64,000 nt of DNA from NCBI GenBank assembly GCA_002415345.1, contig DHXV01000001.1, forward strand, positions 136,305 to 200,304, read 5' to 3'. This DNA comes from Patescibacteria group bacterium UBA5147 (lineage in GTDB: Bacteria > Patescibacteriota > Saccharimonadia > UBA4664). The notes below the pieces were generated by a model. That model had not been told where the DNA came from. It worked only from the letters and a program-made list of their open reading frames with translations, and did no database searches. Positions 58,386 to 64,000 of the stretch are shown in pieces. Within the stretch, counting starts at the first letter, position 1, and each line of letters begins with the position of its first letter. Position numbers and translations under genes: made by a program.

Positions 58386-58787
58386 ATGACGCACACTAAA
58401 GAAGGCGGCTTCACTCTCATCGAGCTGGTCGTGACAACGGTCGTACTTTCAACAATGTTCCTGGCAATTCTCGGGCTGTTCGGTACGCTTCGAGATATCA
58501 ATGCCCGGGCTAACAATCTGACGATTGCCACCGAAGCAGCGCAACAACAGCTTGAATCGTTCCGCAATCTACCCTATGGCTCGATTACCGTCGGCACTCA
58601 GAACACGACCTCGCAATTGGCAAGCTACCCAATGCTTGGAGCTGCCCGATCGTCATCTTCCGTCGTGACATTGGCTGATAATCGTGGACTCAAGAAGCTG
58701 GTCATTACCCTCACCTATTACGACGGCAGGATCCAAAAGCAGCTCCAGATATCTACCCTCATTGCAATGAGCGGGATTAACCGATGA
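58386..58787 (+). CDS. Type IV pilin-like protein (minor pilin)
   Basis: MTHTKEGG|FTLIELVVTTVVL prepilin N-terminus. The listed ORF 58158-58787 is an upstream extension. Confidence 0.65.
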   Translation: MTHTKEGGFTLIELVVTTVVLSTMFLAILGLFGTLRDINARANNLTIATEAAQQQLESFRNLPYGSITVGTQNTTSQLASYPMLGAARSSSSVVTLADNRGLKKLVITLTYYDGRIQKQLQISTLIAMSGINR

Positions 58788-59473
58788 GTGGCCGACTAGC
58801 CAGTGAAGGCGGGTTTTCATTATTGGAACTGCTGGTTGCCATCAGCATAACTACCGTTCTGTTGCTAATAGCAGACAACTTCGTGATTGATGGCACCTTA
58901 AGCGCTAATATCGCGTACAACAAGACCACCATCCAGAGCAATACCAAGTCGGCCGTGGAAAACGTGGCCCGTACTATCAGGTCGGCTAAGTCCGTGGAGG
59001 CTACTAACTCCCAGCCGGATCCCAATCCGCCCATACCGGCTAATCCTTACAGTTGGACCGCCGTGGCGGGTAATAATGCGACGCTGATTCTGGCGGTGCC
59101 TGCCCGAGATACCGGCAATAACCTGCTTTACGTGGACGGTCTCCATAGCAATATATACACCAACGACGTTATCTTCTACCTGGACTCGGCAACCAACCGG
59201 CTTTACAAGCGCACCATTGCCAACGCGGTAGCCGGTAACGCGGCCAAAACGACCTGCCCACCGGCGTTATCGTCCTCCAGCTGCCCACCGGACAGCATCA
59301 TTGTAGAAGATATCGCGGGCCTGAGTACGACCTACTTGAATGCCGCCAATGTCAGCGTGGCCGTACCCAGCGGTACCGAAGCAGTGGGGTACTCCGTGAC
59401 TGAAACGACGAACATCGGCACACGTTCGTACTCCAGCACCTACTCGACGATTACCGCCTTGAGGAACAAATAA
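58784..59473 (+). CDS. Type IV pilin-like protein (minor pilin)
   Basis: LASEGG|FSLLELLVAISITTVLLLIA prepilin N-terminus; 229 aa. Confidence 0.7.
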   Translation: MSGRLASEGGFSLLELLVAISITTVLLLIADNFVIDGTLSANIAYNKTTIQSNTKSAVENVARTIRSAKSVEATNSQPDPNPPIPANPYSWTAVAGNNATLILAVPARDTGNNLLYVDGLHSNIYTNDVIFYLDSATNRLYKRTIANAVAGNAAKTTCPPALSSSSCPPDSIIVEDIAGLSTTYLNAANVSVAVPSGTEAVGYSVTETTNIGTRSYSSTYSTITALRNK

Positions 59474-59474
59474 C

Positions 59475-60950
59475 ATGACACTCCTAGCTATTCGCAATCA
59501 ACCGGCCGGGTCACCTGATCGCTCGGGCGGCTACGTCCTGCTATTGACCCTTATTCAAGGCATGGTTTTCCTGACAATCCTTATGGGCATAATTACTCTG
59601 TCGATGGAAAATTACAAAACCGCTAACCAGTCGGCTAAGGACATGGTGTCCTTATCGGCTGCGGAGGCCGGTGCTGATGCGGCAATCTTCAACTTGAACG
59701 TGGCCTCGAACAGCGGCAGCAATTATGCGGGAACCACTCCTCCGGTTGGCGGCGCGTGTTCCCTAGCGACATCGGCAACGTCCAGCGCGGCGGCCGTGGT
59801 ACTGACGAACCAGCCTCAGTCATATGTAACCTACGAATCATGCATTATCGACAGCTCCGCCGGCCCCAACATGGAGCGAACGATTTACAGCGTGGGCAAG
59901 GCCTACGCCAAACAGGGGGCACCTCATCCGCAGTCGGTCCGACGGGTCAAGCTCATTACCTCGGCCCAAGTATCTGGGAACTATTCGGTACATACCGGCA
60001 ACGGCGGGTTGGTGATGTCCAACTCGGCGACCATCGCCAACGGTAACGTCTATGTGAACGGCAGTCTCTCCATGATCAACACAGCCCAAATCGGCAGCTC
60101 AGCTGCGCCGGCTCAGGTATACGTCGCCAACTACTCCTGTCCTAAAACCGCCCCCTACACCGGGTATCCGTCACTTTGTGCTTCCGGGGAGCCTATTACC
60201 ATGGACAATACGGCGCATATTTACGCCGACGTCCATGCCAACGGGCAGGTCACCGGAACAGGAATGAGCAATGGCGGGTTGGTGCAATCCACCGGCGTAG
60301 CCACCCTCCCTCTGCCCACCTACGACCGAGCCGCCCATCAGAGCCGTGTCACCACCACTATCAACGGTAATCAAAGTTGCGGCGGGTCTGCCACTCTGAC
60401 CTTTCCGGCCAATACCAAAATCACTGGCGACCTCAGCGCCGGTAATAACTGCCAAGTAATCCTCAAAGGCGACCTGTGGGTGACCGGTAATATAACCCTC
60501 AACCAGAAAGCCCTCATAATTACCGATGCGGCCGTCGCCGCCATCCCGACAATTATGGTCGACGGCTCAACCGGCGTGGTCTTTAATCAGCAGTCCGGCG
60601 CGGCCACCAACGCCTCCGGCATAGGGACACAGTTTGTTACCTTCTACTCCACGGCCGGTTGCTCACCCAACTGTGCCGATGTCACTGACGCCGACCTGTT
60701 CAACTCGACACCGATAACCACTATCAACCTTGGTAACCAATCCTTGTCGGCCGGCTCACGCTTCTTTGCCCGCTGGAGCACCATATCGGTGGCGCAGGGC
60801 GGGGCTATCGGGTCAGTAGCAGGTCAGCGGATTTTGCTCAGCAACTCTGGCAGCATCTCATTCTCGTCCAACCTGGGCACTACCACCTACTCCTGGGTGG
60901 CCCGCTATTACGAGCCGGTTCCGGTTCCTGATGCGCGCAGTACCAACTAA
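59475..60950 (+). CDS. Large pilus-associated protein (PilX/PilY-like candidate, N-terminal TM, beta-rich Gly/Asn/Thr-rich body)
   Basis: Hydrophobic N-terminus (GGYVLLLTLIQGMVFLTILMGII) lacking E+5; 491 aa; located between the minor pilins and pilM. Confidence 0.4.
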   Translation: MTLLAIRNQPAGSPDRSGGYVLLLTLIQGMVFLTILMGIITLSMENYKTANQSAKDMVSLSAAEAGADAAIFNLNVASNSGSNYAGTTPPVGGACSLATSATSSAAAVVLTNQPQSYVTYESCIIDSSAGPNMERTIYSVGKAYAKQGAPHPQSVRRVKLITSAQVSGNYSVHTGNGGLVMSNSATIANGNVYVNGSLSMINTAQIGSSAAPAQVYVANYSCPKTAPYTGYPSLCASGEPITMDNTAHIYADVHANGQVTGTGMSNGGLVQSTGVATLPLPTYDRAAHQSRVTTTINGNQSCGGSATLTFPANTKITGDLSAGNNCQVILKGDLWVTGNITLNQKALIITDAAVAAIPTIMVDGSTGVVFNQQSGAATNASGIGTQFVTFYSTAGCSPNCADVTDADLFNSTPITTINLGNQSLSAGSRFFARWSTISVAQGGAIGSVAGQRILLSNSGSISFSSNLGTTTYSWVARYYEPVPVPDARSTN

Positions 60951-60988
60951 AGTGATACAATATTCAAAATGGCTATGGTTATAATACA

Positions 60989-62044
60989 ATGAGACGTCCG
61001 CCGCTTATCTACCATGATCAGCCCCTGTTTGGTTTTGATATTGGCACCCGTACGGCCAAAGTCCTCCAACTAGGGTCGCATGGCAAAAAGAAGCCTGTCC
61101 TGGGATACGGGTTGGCCAACTTCCCGGAGGAGGCAATCGTTGAGGGGATTATCGTCGACCCGCAGGAAATTGCCGCGGCGTTGCTGCCCCTGCTGAAGAA
61201 AATGACCTGCGGTAATATCTCGGCTAAACGAGTGGCCGCCTCGTTGCCGGTCGCCAAAGTGTTTACCCGCGTGCTCGACTTGCCGCCGATGAACCCGGCC
61301 GACCTGGGGGCCGCCGTCCGGCTTGAGGCCGAACAGTATATCCCGGTACCCCTGCCCGATCTCTACATCGACTACGAAATCATTGAACAGCAGGCGGAAC
61401 ACATCGAAGTGCTGATGGTGGCAGCCCCGCGGTCCATCGTCGACTCCTATATGAAGTTGTTCGAAGCATTGAATCTGGACGTTGCGTTCATTGAGTCAAG
61501 CTTGTCCGCCGTCACCCGCGCCATTCTGGCAGCTTCGCCTCTGGATCAGACTACGCTGGTGGCCGACTTCGGGTCCCAGTCCATCGACCTGACCGTCCAC
61601 GACCGCGTCATCCGCCTGACCGACACGATTGATTTGGGCGGCGACGATATCACCCATCAGCTGGCGGAGTCTCTCCAGATTACCCACGACCAAGCCCATG
61701 ACATCAAGGTTAAATTCGGCCTGAATAAATCCGGCCTTCAGACAAAAGTCCAGTCCGCGTTGGCGACACAACTGAGGACCATTACCGATGAGATGCGCCG
61801 GGTGATGAAGTACTACCAGGACCGCGGACACGACCGACGGCCGATCCAAATGGTGATGCTGGCGGGCGGCAGCGCCAGCATGCCCGGTCTCGTAGAATAC
61901 CTGAGTGCTCAGCTGGGAATTCCGGTTGTCATCGCCGATCCGTGGATTGGACTTGAGTTCAAGAACGTCCAGCATGTGTCCAGACATGAAGCCCCTGCCT
62001 ATACCACGGCCATCGGGCTGGCCCGACTGGATGGCGCACTATGA
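60989..62044 (+). CDS. pilM: Type IV pilus assembly protein PilM (actin-like ATPase fold)
   Basis: 351 aa with ..FGFDIGTRTAKVL.. and ..MLAGGSASMPGLVEYL.. motifs. Confidence 0.85.
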   Translation: MRRPPLIYHDQPLFGFDIGTRTAKVLQLGSHGKKKPVLGYGLANFPEEAIVEGIIVDPQEIAAALLPLLKKMTCGNISAKRVAASLPVAKVFTRVLDLPPMNPADLGAAVRLEAEQYIPVPLPDLYIDYEIIEQQAEHIEVLMVAAPRSIVDSYMKLFEALNLDVAFIESSLSAVTRAILAASPLDQTTLVADFGSQSIDLTVHDRVIRLTDTIDLGGDDITHQLAESLQITHDQAHDIKVKFGLNKSGLQTKVQSALATQLRTITDEMRRVMKYYQDRGHDRRPIQMVMLAGGSASMPGLVEYLSAQLGIPVVIADPWIGLEFKNVQHVSRHEAPAYTTAIGLARLDGAL

Positions 62045-62580
62045 TTAACCTCCTCCCATCGGCGCGCAAAGACGAAATCCGCTTTGCCAAATTAAACCGA
62101 ATCGTACTGCGGTATCTGCGTCTGGTGCTGCTGCTGATTGTCGTTATCGGCGGGATCCTCGGGGGAACGATATATTACCTCGGAGTCTTGAACACCCATG
62201 CCACCGCCGATATCGCGGCCAAGAACCTGGAGATTTCAGCTGGAGCACCGTTCATCAAGCAAGCCAAGGACGTCAGCGACCGGCTACTTGCCATCAAGAC
62301 TATCCAATCTTCCCAAACCCGATTTTCTTCGCTCCTTGATGACCTGGCTAAAATGCTTCCTCAAGGCGTCGCCATCGATACCATCACCCTCACCGGCGAC
62401 GATACCAAACCGGTTCGGGTAGCCGTGAGCGGTAACACCTACAATTCGATGCTCGCCTTCCGCGACGCCGTAGCAAAATCGTCCCGTATCAGCGGCGTGG
62501 ATTTGGAATCAATCAGCCAAGACGTTGCCGGGTTCCACGCCGGGGTTGTAATCGGCTTCAAGAAGGGGCAGGCACGATGA
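62041..62580 (+). CDS. pilN: Type IV pilus assembly protein PilN
   Basis: N-terminal ..MINLLPSARKDEIRFAKLNR.. plus a single TM; overlaps the pilM stop. Confidence 0.75.
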   Translation: MINLLPSARKDEIRFAKLNRIVLRYLRLVLLLIVVIGGILGGTIYYLGVLNTHATADIAAKNLEISAGAPFIKQAKDVSDRLLAIKTIQSSQTRFSSLLDDLAKMLPQGVAIDTITLTGDDTKPVRVAVSGNTYNSMLAFRDAVAKSSRISGVDLESISQDVAGFHAGVVIGFKKGQAR

Positions 62581-63128
62581 CCCCAAAGAAATTTTTCTTC
62601 ACCTTGATGGGTATTATCGTGTTGCTGATTGCGGCCAGCGGCTACGGCTATTATTACGCGATTACCCGCATTAACGCGTCCAAGGCGGAACTGGCAATGA
62701 CCCTGACCGACCAGGAAGCAGCCCAGCAGCAGCTGGACGACATGGCCAAGCTACGACTCCAGTACAACCGCGATATCCTGCCGATTCTACCCCGCATTAT
62801 CGACGCCTTGCCCCGGACCAAGAACCAGACCGAGATTCTGGCCCAACTGCAGTCGATTGCCGCCGAGAGCGGACTTTCACTGACCAATGTGTCGCTACCC
62901 AGCGCCACCGGATTGCCGGGGGACACTTCGCAGACGGTTAAATCGGGCACCGTGCTTGCCCTTCCGATCAGCTTTCAACTCCAGGGTACCTACGCCCAGC
63001 TACAAGCCTTCCTGACCCGAGTTGAGAACTTAAGCCGCTTTACCAACATTACAAGCCTGGCCATAAGCCATGCCGAAAAAAACAACGTAACCTACTCAAT
63101 GACCGTTAACGCCTATATAAAGCCATGA
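62577..63128 (+). CDS. pilO: Type IV pilus assembly protein PilO
   Basis: TM plus coiled-coil plus a C-terminal domain; translationally coupled to pilN. Confidence 0.65.
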   Translation: MTPKKFFFTLMGIIVLLIAASGYGYYYAITRINASKAELAMTLTDQEAAQQQLDDMAKLRLQYNRDILPILPRIIDALPRTKNQTEILAQLQSIAAESGLSLTNVSLPSATGLPGDTSQTVKSGTVLALPISFQLQGTYAQLQAFLTRVENLSRFTNITSLAISHAEKNNVTYSMTVNAYIKP

Positions 63129-63403
63129 AGATGAAATTTAAACTCAAATTTGACCCAAAAACCATTCTGCCCGCGTTGCAGCGAGCCAAGCCGTACCTGA
63201 TAGGTGCACTCCTAATCGGGGTATTCGGCTACACGGCCTATGCTGTTAACGACGCCTTGAACGTGACTCCCGCAGCTGCACCAACCCCTTCACCCCGGGT
63301 AACCTTCGACAAGACGACTATCACCGCCATCAAGAACCTGAACGTGGTCTCCGGGCAGGTCCCCAGCGGAGACATCGGCAAGGACAACCCCTTTACCCGT
63401 TAG
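63125..63403 (+). CDS. Small membrane-anchored protein downstream of pilO (PilP-like position)
   Basis: 92 aa, one TM; translationally coupled (ATGA overlap). Confidence 0.3.
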   Translation: MKMKFKLKFDPKTILPALQRAKPYLIGALLIGVFGYTAYAVNDALNVTPAAAPTPSPRVTFDKTTITAIKNLNVVSGQVPSGDIGKDNPFTR

Positions 63404-63426
63404 GTTTGAGGGTCGGCTGGGATGAG

Positions 63427-63624
63427 CTATGGTTTGCGGCGGTTCATCCAACCCAGTGGGTTATGACGCCAGCCACCACTCTTGCCGCCTTCACCGGATC
63501 CGGCTGCCTGCTCGAGCTCTACTAGCATTGCTTGAGCCTGCTGCTTCAACCGTGCGAACTTGGCAAGCTCCACGTCCAATGGACTTTCGGGGATAATGAC
63601 GGTTCCGCGCTTAATATTCGTCAC
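63427..63624 (-). CDS. Hypothetical small protein (65 aa)
   Basis: ORF only. Confidence 0.2.
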   Translation of the reverse strand: MTNIKRGTVIIPESPLDVELAKFARLKQQAQAMLVELEQAAGSGEGGKSGGWRHNPLGWMNRRKP

Positions 63625-63630
63625 TGTTTC

Positions 63631-64000
63631 TTAGATCCAGACGACGGCAACCGCCACCATTATTACGCCGAGCAACGTTGCTCCGGCCAGCTCACCAATT
63701 TTTGAGATTAGCCTTTCAGGTTCGGTTAGGCTTTGAGTCGCCATAACAAAGCCCTTATTATCAGAATTATGTACCAGTACGGCGGCTTGGCGCGAGCCAT
63801 TGGTGGGCTTCCAGGTGAAGCGGTTATCAGCGTGGCCCCGTGCGTAAACAAAGGTACCCGCCGGCGGCGCCTGGACAACATCCGTCAGGTTCACAACATC
63901 ACCGTATATATTGGTGGCAACCGTTCTGCCCTGTTCATCAAAAACGTAGACACCCGGATACAGCTCACGCTCCGACGCCGTCGTCGGAGTTGGTCCGATT
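63631..64000 (-). CDS. Hypothetical protein, possibly 5'-truncated by the window end
   Basis: Listed ORF 63631-63894. The same frame stays open upstream to the window edge, so the start may lie outside the window. Confidence 0.3.
   Translation of the reverse strand, partial: IGPTPTTASERELYPGVYVFDEQGRTVATNIYGDVVNLTDVVQAPPAGTFVYARGHADNRFTWKPTNGSRQAAVLVHNSDNKGFVMATQSLTEPERLISKIGELAGATLLGVIMVAVAVVWI

Overview
This 64 kb window is mostly chromosomal backbone of a small-genome bacterium; the gene content suggests a Patescibacteria/Saccharibacteria-like organism, which is inference from gene content only. It holds two-component regulators with three paralogous single-domain response regulators, a cytochrome bo3-type quinol oxidase operon with an NDH-2, a large type IV pilus cluster, rny-ymdB, tsaB/tsaE and HU. 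It also holds two tRNA clusters, Lys-Arg-Arg and His-Arg?-Gly-Pro. The most unusual structure sits next to tRNA-Lys(CTT) at 30466-36160. Five short gene cassettes each end in a ~45-55 nt direct repeat. The repeat copies the last 12 nt of tRNA-Lys plus its 3' flank, and is usually followed by an intrinsic-terminator hairpin. No integrase or transposase lies in the window. A sixth, more diverged copy of the repeat lies next to the tRNA-His cluster. Other candidates are an adenylating-enzyme/E1-like/Acg-nitroreductase operon with a divergent aminotransferase, a group of output-less sensor proteins, a GC-rich glucosidase gene between two tRNA-Arg genes, and a lamin-tail-domain protein whose frame overlaps tsaE. 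All calls come from reading the sequence and ORF translations; no database searches were run.
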